Source of the DNA: Rotaria socialis
Lineage: Eukaryota
Direction: 5' to 3'
NCBI GenBank assembly: GCA_905331295.1
Contig: CAJNYD010000039.1
Location: forward strand, 348,734 to 401,530
DNA length: 52,797 nucleotides
Shown here: positions 35,655 to 46,897 of the stretch, piece after piece
How positions within the stretch are numbered: the first letter of the stretch is position 1
Layout of the letters: each line of letters starts with the position of its first letter
The notes under the pieces: generated by a model
Databases searched by the model: none
What the model saw: the letters and a program-made list of their open reading frames with translations, nothing else
What the model was told of the DNA's origin: nothing
Position numbers and translations under genes: made by a program

Positions 35655-38600
35655 CTACAAAACAACACATAAAGACGAATGAGTTTTTTTTGGTGAATTT
35701 GTCTTGTTCTTTAACATCTTCATATGATTCTCGAATGCAGTTTTCAAATTCTTGTTTCGATCCAACAGCACTTTTTCTGGTGGAAAATTTAATTGCCGAC
35801 CATCTCCAAAAATGATCTTGTCTTCACCATCGAAAGCTATTGCGATACCTTGCAGTAGAGTGAGATATATTATCAACTCAAGCCAGTAAACCTGTCCGGA
35901 ATCGAGATAACGCTTCACGAATTCACTGACGGTAAAACCTTGACAATGAACGGCACTATTATTTTTGATATATGATTTAACCTGCTGCACGAAGTTTGCA
36001 TCCCATAATTCTATATTATCAACGCGATATACTATCCTGTCGAAGACATGGGCACTATAGCGACTGCCATCTCTACCTTCCATAGACATCTCAAATTTCA
36101 CCAAGGCCTGAAACATTATATTCGACTTTTTCTCACCAATCTTATTGAAAGTTTCACGAGCGCTGCTTTTAACCTGGCTGTTTTCATCATTAATTGCCAT
36201 CACCAACTTCTGAATGACTTCCTCATTCAATTCCTCATTTTGTCCAATTTTACCAAGCGCTTCACAAGCCATCTTTCTTAGCTCGAAGTTCTCATCGATA
36301 AGTATTTTGGACAATTCGTTCATTACTTGAGTATTCCTTGCTACATTTTCACCTAGCTTGCAGATAGTTTCACAAGCTGCTAGTTTGACATTATCATGGT
36401 TGTTCTGGAGTACTTCACTGAGCCCTTTCATGATATTTACATTGGATGTTGCTTTTCTACCTATCGTAGCAAGGGCTTTGCAGGCCTCTGTTATTATATC
36501 AACATCATTATGTAAGAGTGCTTTTGCTAATCCATCCATGACTTTATTATTGTCTGCTGCTCTTTCGCCTATGGATAATAGAGCTCTACAAGCTGCGATT
36601 ATTAATTCTTTGCTTTCATCACTGAGTGCTCTTCCCAATCCAGCCATGATATGCTTATCGGATCCTGCTTCATCAGCTACACTGCAAATATCTTCACACG
36701 CTTTTCTTCTAACTGCCTCATTTGTATCTTTGAGTGCTTCCCTTAGTTCAGAGATGATCTGTTCATTCGATACTGCTTCATCACCTATCTTTTTGATGGC
36801 TTCATAAGCATTGTATACGACGAGGCAATTGTCGTTGCTAAGTGCTTTTATTAAATCGTCCATAACATCTTCATTGTTAGCTAGTTTTCCACCTACCTCA
36901 CCAAGGGCATAACAGGCCGCTATTTTAACATTGTCGGACTCGTGCTGATCGCCAATTACTTTGCTAATAGAAATCATCAGTCTTGTGTTAGATGCTGCTT
37001 TTTTACCAATCTTACCAATCAATTCACAAACTTTTCGTCTGATCACCTCGTGTCTATTATGAGCTAGTACTTCTACCAATTTATTCATTAAATCTTTGCT
37101 CCTTGCAGCCTTTTCACCTATCTCGCCGATCATATGGCAAGTTCCTATAATCACTTCGACATCAGGATTCATCAGGCTATTGGCCAGAAACAACATGAAA
37201 TTCTTGTTGGATCCAAATGTTTTAGCTATTTCCTGAAGAGCGATGTTGACACGAAATCTTACAGTGTCTCGTTGATCACTGAATGCTTTTAACAGTTTGC
37301 TCATGACTTGTTTATGGCAAACTGCTTTTTCGCCGATCTCAACCAGGGCTTCACACGCCTCTATTACCAGAGTTTCATCTTCATTGCTGAGAAATGTACT
37401 CAGCTTGTCGAATTCTTCGGTAGTGATTTCTTCTCCGTTCTCGACGCTCCAACGGAGTTGATTATATATGCGGTTTCGATCGATGCGCTTTCGGCGTTCA
37501 ATTTTCCAAACAGACCTTTCGTAAAATAACATTTCGCGATCAAACATTGTCTGAGGTATGCAAATTGACTGCTTCGGATAACGAACTGTCTGCAGCATAC
37601 AATGGCGTCCGTAACTTTTTTCTTCCCTAGATTGGCGAATTGTGCGTTCAGAATTGTTCAGTGGATTGATATCAATGGTCACTGCTAATAGATTACGCCA
37701 TTTGTTATTGTACATTTCATCCCACTTTTTTTTTGCGAGTCCAATCTTGACATGTTCATTCGTAGCTATCCCTTCAGCAATTTTATCAAGAACGTCGCTG
37801 GCATAATCTCGAACAATCTGTTCACGATCCTTCAAGGCTTTGACCAGAATAGCGATTAGTTTTTCATTTGCGATTGGTTTTTCACAGCTTTCTACGAGGG
37901 CTTTTAGTGCTGATTTTCTCACGAAAGCTACTTTATCGTAGACTAATTTAGACAGTGTATTCATAATTTTTTGATAGGATAATGCTTTTCCACACATCTT
38001 ACCAAAGGCTCGACAAGCCGCTACTGTAACAGATACGTCTGGGTCATGCAATCCTTTCTTTATTCCAGCTACGATTAGTTCATTCGTTGCTGCTATTTCA
38101 GCTATCATTCCAACCTGATTACATGCCAATTTTCTAATATTGTGGTCCGGATCAATAATTGCATCCCAAAGTCTGCACACAATTTCTTTATTAAGTATTC
38201 CTATGCTTCTAACCTCATCAATCAACTCATTGGAAATTATTGGCTCTAAATCTTCTAAGGAGATGTACTCGGCAGATTGACGCATCAGCGTGCATCCGTG
38301 GATGTTAGGGGGCAGTGTTGTTTCGTGTACCTCTACAAGAGCTAGATAAGCATTAAGCTTTACAATCGGCTGCTGATCATTGCATGCATGCACGAGTCCA
38401 TCCACGACTTTGCTACGCAACCCTTCTCTCGGTATAGTTAGGTCATATTCAGTCACATACCTATTGTCCTCGTTCTCCACATCCACTTGCATGTGCACAT
38501 TAACCATATTGTCTTCGTTGCATGTTACTCTTTCCCGTATATTGCCGAGCGCTTTACAAGCCATTATTTGGACTTCAGAATTTGGAGTTTTTAGTGCTTT

Positions 38601-41600
38601 CAGCAATGCTTTCTTTACTTGTTCATTCGATATTGCTCTATTACCGATCTTACCCAACGCTTCACAGGCTGATACTTTGACCTCGTCGTTTTCGTCATTC
38701 AGTGCTGCTGCTAATGCAGTCATGATATGTTCATCAGATACTGTTCTATCACCGAGCTCACCCACTGCTTTACAGGCTGCTATTTTGACCTCGTCGTTCT
38801 CGTCGCTTAGTGCTGCTGCTAATGCAGTTATGACTCGTTTATTCGATGTTACTTTATCGCCCATTTCACAGATAAGTCCACATGTCCTTCTTCTAATTTC
38901 TGTGTTCTTACAAGTGAGAGACTTACAGAGACCTTTCATGACTCCTGTAGCCGAAGCTGCTTTTTCGCCTAACACACCAAGTGAATGACCAGCCGCTATG
39001 ATAATTCCATCGTTCTGGTGACTAAGTGCGGAACCGAGTTGATTAAGAATTTCTCGATCAAGTGCTGCTTTGCCACTGATGATTTCAAGAACGTAAATCA
39101 CAGCCGTAAGCGCATTATCTTTCCATTGACAAATTGCTTCCCCCAGTTGAGCAAATATTGTATTATTGCGAACTGCCTCTTCAGCGATATTGACAAGAAC
39201 TTCACAGCTCAGTTTTTTTATATCTTCCTTATTGAAAAGCGTTTCTCCTAGACTGGTCATGACTTTTTCATTCGATGCTACTTTCCCACCAACTTTTTTG
39301 ACAGCGTGACAAGCTGCTATTTTGACTTCATCGTTCGGATCTTTTATTGCTTCTGCCAGTGCATTCATGAGTTTTTCACTTGATGCTACTTTCTCACCAA
39401 TTCCACTAACAACACGACAAACCAAAATTTTAAGCTCATCATTTGAATCCTTCAGTGCAGCTGACAATCCGGACATGACATTTTCATTTAATTCTGCATT
39501 TTTACCGATTTTCTCAAGCCCATGAAGTGCCGCTTTTTTGAAGTCAATATTTGGATCGCCCAACATTTCCGTTAGGCGATCCATTACTAGTTCGGTAGTT
39601 GCTTCTTTTTCAACAATTGCATTCAGGGCCGTATGGGCACCGCATCGTACCTGATAACTTTTATGGCTAAGTAAGTCCACTAGTCGACTTTTCACTTTTT
39701 CGTTGGATGTTGCCCTTTCGCCTATTTGGTGGAGGGCATGACAAGCCGCTACTATCACCTCGTCTTTCGAATTTCTTAGCAAATCTTCAAGTTTGGCAAC
39801 AGTTTGTGTGTCCCACAATACTTGTTTGCTTAATTGGGCTATGGCTCTGCAGGCTTCTATTTTGACAACGTCGTTTTCGTGGGTAAGGGCTTTGATCAGT
39901 TCACACACTATATGCTCATTCGATGCTGCTTTCTCACCTAACTTCTTGAGGGCTCCTTGTGCACTAAGTCTAAGATGATCGCTTTGATCACTAAGTTGCC
40001 TGCCGAGTCCAGCCATTGCTTCCTTGTTTTCAACTACTTCTTGACCCAGTTTACTAAGGGCTTCGCACGCACTTTGCCGCACGTCGTCAGTTGGGTCGCT
40101 TAATGCTATGGCCAGTTGTTTTATGATTTGTTTTTTCGACAGTGCTCTTTCACCTATCTTACCGAGTGCTTCACAGGCACTTTTCCTCACATCATCATTA
40201 GGATCACTGAGTAATTTTTCCAAACCTTTCATGGCTTGCCGATTATCCACTGTGTTTTCACCTATGTAAGCGAGAGCTTCACAGGCTGCTATTTTGACAA
40301 TTTCATTTTTATGCATAAGTGTGTCACTTAACCCAACTAGTATTTCTTCGTCACAATCCGTCTTTGCAACAAGACTGATGAGAGCATGACAAACCGCTAC
40401 TCTAACGTCGTCATCTTGTTCATTCAATCCTTGTCGTATTTCTTCAACAATACGTTCAGTCCACTCTACTTTTTTACCTATTTCACCAAGAGCCTCCCAT
40501 GCCAACTGTCGTATGTTTGCTTCTTTATCATGTAATAATTCTAGGAGCAGCTTTCGAACGCTGTCTTTTTCGTTAGCTGTGACGACAAGATGAGCTAGTA
40601 CTATTATTCCTGCTTCCTTGATATCGTTACTTTCATGCGAACAAGTTTTTTGTATTTTTTGGACGAGTAGCTTTGATGGTTGTTGAAACGGTAGCATTGA
40701 TATAAGTCTGAGTGTTTCATAAAGTGTCTTTATATCATCGATTGATAAGAGAGAAATAAATGTGTTTTGTATCTTTTCCTCTTCGAGTAGTCTAGGTTGT
40801 CGTTTCAATGAAGATTTAAGATGATCAATAACCGTATAGTGTGGATCCATGATAGAAATTTGCAGCCATTCAATGGTTGAGTCAAAGAAATTGCTCTTTT
40901 TCTGCGGTTCGAGATGAATAAACGTTCCACCGAAACATTCAATAAGTAGTTTTGTATGCTGTAGTCCTAATAGATCCCTTGGTGTGTCGTCGATGATGGA
41001 GTAAAGTGTAGTTATTTCTTTCTGATCTTCTAAGACACATAGTTCAGAAGTAAATATCAAGACGGGAGTGAGTTGCTGATCATATTTGTATTTTTTGATG
41101 AAATCGATCACTTGTTTTGAATTACTAGAGTCGAGCTGTCGAACCATGTATCGTGCAGCAAAAAATTCTTGAAAACTCCAATGAAGAAAATAATGCGATT
41201 GTTTAGCTAAGTCATCACTTTTAACATTGCTCGGATCAAATGCTTTCAGAATGCCAAATGATAATAGTTCTACATGGTTTTGTAAGGATAATTTATTTTG
41301 TTCAAGAGCTTTTTCGAACATATCGGGCGGGATTGTCATTTCTTTAGATGACATGGCGTAAAAAGCCAATGTTTCATGGAATTGCAGTAGTATTTTTACA
41401 AAAGCATCGCTGGTTTTAGCTGAGGTATTATTCGCTTTCTTACTATTTTTTCTTCCCCTTAAATATCTCTCAGTTAATTGTTGGATCAAATGTGTGTATA
41501 ACGTAGTTATCGTAAAATCATCTGTCTGAAGTTGGTAGTCTCTATTGCCCCAAAAGTTACAAATCAACTCTAGTAATAGAGGTATATGTGCAACATCCCA

Positions 41601-44600
41601 TAACATAGGACGTCGACGTAAAAATTTCACGAGCTCTTCTTGCTTGAAAGAAGTATTTTTGGGCGGTTGTTCTGACTTTTTGTCAATCTGTTCAAAAAAT
41701 TGCGCCACATACCTTGATATATCATCATCAATAAAGCCTATCATTTCCATTTTCACATCAGACATTAGTGGAAAATTCTGCAGTCGACATGTTACTATAT
41801 AATCATGCTGTGTGACGAGCTCGACTGTTTTCTTTAAGTTTTGTGGACCATTCGCCTGAAATTCATCGTAGCCGTCCAAGATCCATAGAATTTTACCTTC
41901 ATTGCATTGCTGATCAAAAAGCTCATAAGTTTCGTTTGATAAGTCTTTACCGTATAAGTATTCAGTCTTTAATAGATGTATTGGTGTGTATTCAATATCC
42001 GCCGAATACCGTTCACTTGTCAAATTACGTAAACAAATTAGAACAACTAGTTCGTACTTGGACCATATTTCATCTTTTGCCCAACGATAAGTAACATACT
42101 TGCAAAACGTTGATTTTCCAATTCCAGTTCGTCCACAGAGCAACAACTTCTTTGCATGATCTTTGTATTTGTCGAAAATACTCTCTGCACTAATGGAGGA
42201 CGTTACACTGTGAATCTTTTGATAAACACTTGACAATTTAGTATTAAATTTTTGTTTTAGAGAGGCGCGTTCTTGTTTGCCATAGGATCTATTCTGTTTG
42301 GTTAAATTCTTCTCTTTCTGTTCTTGATCATCCATTTCAACTATAGCCAAATTGATGAAGTTGTTTTCAATTGAATAACCTTCTCCTTCATTAAAGATTT
42401 TAGGGATGCGACTTTTTTCTTTGTAGTTTCTTTTGATTATATTAATTATCTTAGATAGATCAAGACAGTATTTCCCAGAGTCGTCCTATGAAGAATTAGA
42501 TAGATTCAATTAAGAAAAGAATTCGAAATCCAGCAATCGAAATAATCATCTGACATGTTCTTTAATAATTAATTCAAATAATCAAAGAATATAGCTTTTT
42601 TCATACAAAATATTACCTTATCGAATGGTAAGTCGGGTCTATATTTGATCTATGTGTGTGTACCTCACTGAATTAGACAGTCTAATTTAAGGTTCCAATT
42701 ATTTCGGAGATTCTGTCAAGGAATTCGATTTTTTTCAGTTCGTATTGTGACTAACAACTGGAATGATACATAACGAAATTGCATGGCCTTAGTGAGAATA
42801 TCTTATCCAATTCTATGTATCAGAATATTTTGATCAACATCTAGTTATCAGGACGTGTATACAATAGCTACGATAAAGTTTGAAAGTAACATTAACAGAA
42901 CACTTATCATCAGTAACAAGACTTCACTAAACAATGTAAAATATTTAAAAAACTTTTTCCATTTGAAAATCTAACAACAATTTTTTCGTACTGCTTTTTT
43001 TTTCGAGGATATATCTCAAGTGTTCATTGACTAGTACTAATATCGGATGTCCTAGGAAGAACAACTTTCAAGATTTTACTGATATCTCCGTCAATTGTTA
43101 TTGGGTTAGGGATAAGTTTTGTTTTTTAAAGATTCATCTCGATGTCCTCTGCTGAAGCCAACAATTCAGATTTTATGCAGATTTACTTTGGATCAGTATT
43201 AAAACGGAAAGGAGAGATATTCAAAAACTAGTTTTTTGTAAATATGAAGACGACGATCACTCGAGCAAGATCAGTGAGGATCTGAATCGATGCGTGAGAT
43301 TTAATACTTCAAAAGTGTATGTGAGATGATTCTAAGTACCAGCTCTATTCATTTATAAATATCATTGGATGGGTCCACGTTTAACTCGAACTACTAAAAT
43401 TATTCAAAAATTCAAGCATAAGCGCATCAAAAACAAGAACCTCATTAGAACTTTAGTCAATGAATATGGGATTTCTAAAACAAAGGTGCACCGAATATTG
43501 TGACATATTCTGAGATGTTATGCCTAATCGACAACAATCAAATCAAAGTAATCCGAAAAACACAATAGCAAACGAAAAACGCTTATTTTTAGATGAGCAA
43601 ATGAGAAAATGTCAATAGATTATAAAATTTCTAAAAAGAATGTATTTGGACAACTAACTGGGCTGAATTAAGTCAGAAAGTTTTCATGAAAAAGAAGCAC
43701 AATTTTTCTTAAAAAGGCAACGTCTGGTAGGTTGCTTGCTTGAAAAGAATGATTCTCTTGCTCTTTTTTACTAAGACATAGTAGCGCATTCTGGATATAT
43801 CGAAAATGTTCTATCGATAGCCGTAAAATATGAAATTACAACTTTTGAAAAGCAATTGACAACTCTAATCAAAGAATATTCGACAGGATATTGCTTCGCA
43901 ATTTTGGTTGTCCTGAAATTCTCGTTTAAAACGAATTTTCGATAATGGTAAATCTTTTTACTAAATTAGTCATAACTTTGCAGAGCACAAAAGGCAGAAT
44001 ATCACAACAAAATTAGTTCTAACGAATAAAAGATGGTAAGAGGCTCATTCTTCCTGGGATACCAGATGCATTGAAATCACGTTCGCCACCAAAGTTACAA
44101 TTTTTTCACAATCGATGAAACTATGAGATTAAATTACTAAGTTAAATACAGGAGGGCGAATCTTAGCGTGATTAGACTAAACACACCCAAGTTTTACAAT
44201 GCTATTCATTCTGAGATATTTTTACATCAGTGACTAGCCTGGATGAAATTCACTGTATTTCGAAATAGTTGAATTTACATGAATATTCATCCTTATATCA
44301 ACTGGCTTCGGTAACTTCACTATATTCGAATTCTAAAACGAAATTCATACGTTACCGATAATCTTTCAGCCAATAATTTTGCTATTCTTGCTGGCATTTC
44401 AGCTATTTTATTCAATATATCCCGTTGATCTTGCCGGGAATTTATTTTATCCATAATAGACACTTGAAACATAATCAAACCACACGATGCTTTCAAATTT
44501 TTATTTAATTTCTCTATATCTTTTGCTGCTCCTTTGTGAAATAAGAATTTAAATGGTTTAAATGCTTTTCTGTGTTTTTCGTGGAATACTTTGAATACTT

Positions 44601-44859
44601 CAAGATCCTCGATTAATATGTTCAATGACTTTTTTAAACTGTCTTTTGAATTCATAGTTGAATCTGCCTCCGCAGAACTGTTGGTTTCCATTATTTCCTC
44701 AAAATTTTGTAACTTTGGTAACTCATCTTTAATGATATCAACTTTTGCAATAAGCCGTTTACATTCTTCATTGTTTTCTTTGTATCCTTCGTAGGCTTCC
44801 TTTAGGTACATTGCTAAAGAGATGCCACCTTTTATTAGACCGACAACTGAATCTGCCAT
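35655..44859 (-). CDS. NLR-like protein: MLKL/HeLo-like N-terminal helical domain, NACHT NTPase, HEAT repeats, C-terminal CaaX (~2455 aa)
   Basis: Proposed exons 44859-44356, 42649-42617 and 42485-35655, all phase-0 GT-AG joins. Walker A GRTGIGKS, Walker [25 protein letters not shown] and [12 protein letters not shown]; many ~39-aa [20 protein letters not shown] repeats; ends CVVL*. Confidence 0.88.
43100..43900 (+). pseudogene. Decayed Tc1/mariner-like relic in the NLR intron
   Basis: Broken HTH-like translation [37 protein letters not shown] at ~43371-43520; shares a 20-bp segment with the MITE at 45684-45703. Boundaries approximate. Confidence 0.45.
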
Positions 44860-44930
44860 GCAAGACAAGGTTTTCTAAAATTCAAAGAAGTTAAAGATGT
44901 AAAAGCGACGATAACCGTAGTTTACGTTAT

Positions 44931-45020
44931 CGGTCACTTCTGGTAACCGCACCTGCGGTTACCAGAAGTGACCGGTGAAACAGTGATGATACAACGGTGA
45001 TAAATTATCACCGTTGCATC
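44931..45020. repeat. Two adjacent hairpins (21-bp and 12-bp perfect stems)
   Basis: CGGTCACTTCTGGTAACCGCA-CC-TGCGGTTACCAGAAGTGACCG and CAACGGTGATAA-A-TTATCACCGTTG. Confidence 0.95.
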
Positions 45021-45703
45021 TATAACAGAAATGCTCGAAATCCAAGACATAATGCACTTTTCAATTGGAAACACTCCATGAGTGCCCTAGGCAAACGTCT
45101 TGTAAGCAAGATCTTGGTCAAGATACAAGGTACAGATATGTTAATGGATCTTGGGAATTTAGGTACAAGACAACTGTATTATCTTGTACCCAGGATCTAA
45201 TTTCAGATCTTACATAAGAATCCATAAAATCTTGGATCCACAATAAAATAAAACCTGTTGCATTCTTTAAAACGTTTTCAATTTATTTTCATTATTCCTC
45301 TCGAATAACTCCAGCAAGTCAGATGTTGGGATCTGACTGGCTATAAGTTGGTCCGATATCCGTCGGACCAATTAGGAAGTCCTCTCTCGATCATCGATCG
45401 AGATCAGCATTCTCTCGAATAATCGAGAAGTAGTTAAGAAAAAAAAGTTTTGAAGATTTGTGTTTCTTATGTTCAATCATGCTGTTTATATAACGGGTGA
45501 TCGAAAAGTTTTCGCACAAGATTGAAATTCATATTTCTCTTGTTCTACTCATGCTTTGTTTCTGTTTTTTTACACAAAATACACACACTGTGGACCTCTA
45601 AAGTTGCTTAATAAAATTATCGAAAATGGTTCTTTTATCTCAGTGTTCTCCTAGAGTTATTCGAAGGTCCTTTTTTTTCGTTTGGGATAAGTTTTGTTTT
45701 TTA

Positions 45704-46001
45704 NNNNNNNNNNNNNNNNNNNNNNNNNNNNNNNNNNNNNNNNNNNNNNNNNNNNNNNNNNNNNNNNNNNNNNNNNNNNNNNNNNNNNNNNNNNNNNNNN
45801 NNNNNNNNNNNNNNNNNNNNNNNNNNNNNNNNNNNNNNNNNNNNNNNNNNNNNNNNNNNNNNNNNNNNNNNNNNNNNNNNNNNNNNNNNNNNNNNNNNNN
45901 NNNNNNNNNNNNNNNNNNNNNNNNNNNNNNNNNNNNNNNNNNNNNNNNNNNNNNNNNNNNNNNNNNNNNNNNNNNNNNNNNNNNNNNNNNNNNNNNNNNN
46001 N
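45704..46001. other. Assembly gap (N run)
   Basis: Run of n. Confidence 1.
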
Positions 46002-46260
46002 TTTTACTGTAGAAATAAATAGATAGATTTTGAGAAATAAAGAATTAATTTATGAAAAAGAGAACATTAGCAAACACGGTCATTTCTAATAGGGTAATGA
46101 CAAATTTCCTTGAAACAACATAGATTTGGAGGTAGCAATAAACTTTTGACAACTTCCAGTTGCGGCCCGATCGATTTTCAATTGCCCAATACAGCCCATG
46201 TCTCAAAATAATTTAGCTGGGAAGCGGTCCAACGCTCAAAAAATCCTAGCTACGCCACTG
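46002..46260. mobile_element. Right part of a hAT-like element (left end probably in the gap)
   Basis: Ends CTAGCTACGCCACTG, the reverse complement of CAGTGGCGTAGCTAG; similar to the termini at 5523/6876. Confidence 0.5.
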
Positions 46261-46262
46261 AA

Positions 46263-46897
46263 AGGGAGACTGGACTCTTCGCATAAAATACTGATTTTCT
46301 TTGTCCAGTTTATAGAACACATAAAACTGCATATAACCTGAAATTTTCTCGGTTGGCCAATATTTTTTGGCGTTGCTATGACTTTCACAAGTTATCCAAT
46401 CGTTTTAGGTCGCCAAGCAGCGTGGAATTTTGAAAAATTTTAGCATCCAAATTTTTACCCCAATCTTTTCATGGTTTGATAGAGAAACAAAAATTATGCA
46501 TACTGTAAAATTTTCGCGATGATTGAATGAGTAAATACGGAGTTTTGTCAAAAAGATATTTCTCATCCTTCAAAATTTGGACAATGAAAGACAGACTTTT
46601 CAGAAAAGTAAGTATTTCTCAGCAAATCATTATCCAATCACCGCGAAAAATTTACCGTATGCATAATTTTTGTTCCTCTATCAAACCATGAAAAGATTGG
46701 GATAAAAATTTGGATGCTAAAATTTTTCAAAATTACATGCTGCTTGGCGACCTAAAACGATTGGATAACTTGTGAAAGTCATAGCAACGCCAAAAAATAT
46801 TGGCCAACCGAGAAAATTTCAGGTTATATGCAGTTTTATGTGCTCTATAAACTGGACAAAGAAAATCAGCATTTTATGCGAAGAGTCCAGTCTCCAT
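46263..46897. mobile_element. Foldback element with ~270-bp near-identical arms, Kolobok-like (TTAA target)
   Basis: GGAGACTGGACTCTTCGCATAAAAT... is inverted at the right end and followed by TTAA (46898-46901). Confidence 0.8.

Noticed and set aside
36048..42094. Several plus-strand ORFs
   Set aside because: Antisense shadows of the NACHT-HEAT exon; 50433-50819 is the same kind of shadow over the ART exon.
31534..42350. Interpretation as a bacterial contig or prokaryotic operon
   Set aside because: The NLR and ART genes have GT-AG introns and CaaX motifs, the flanking transposons are of eukaryotic superfamilies, and gene density is low.
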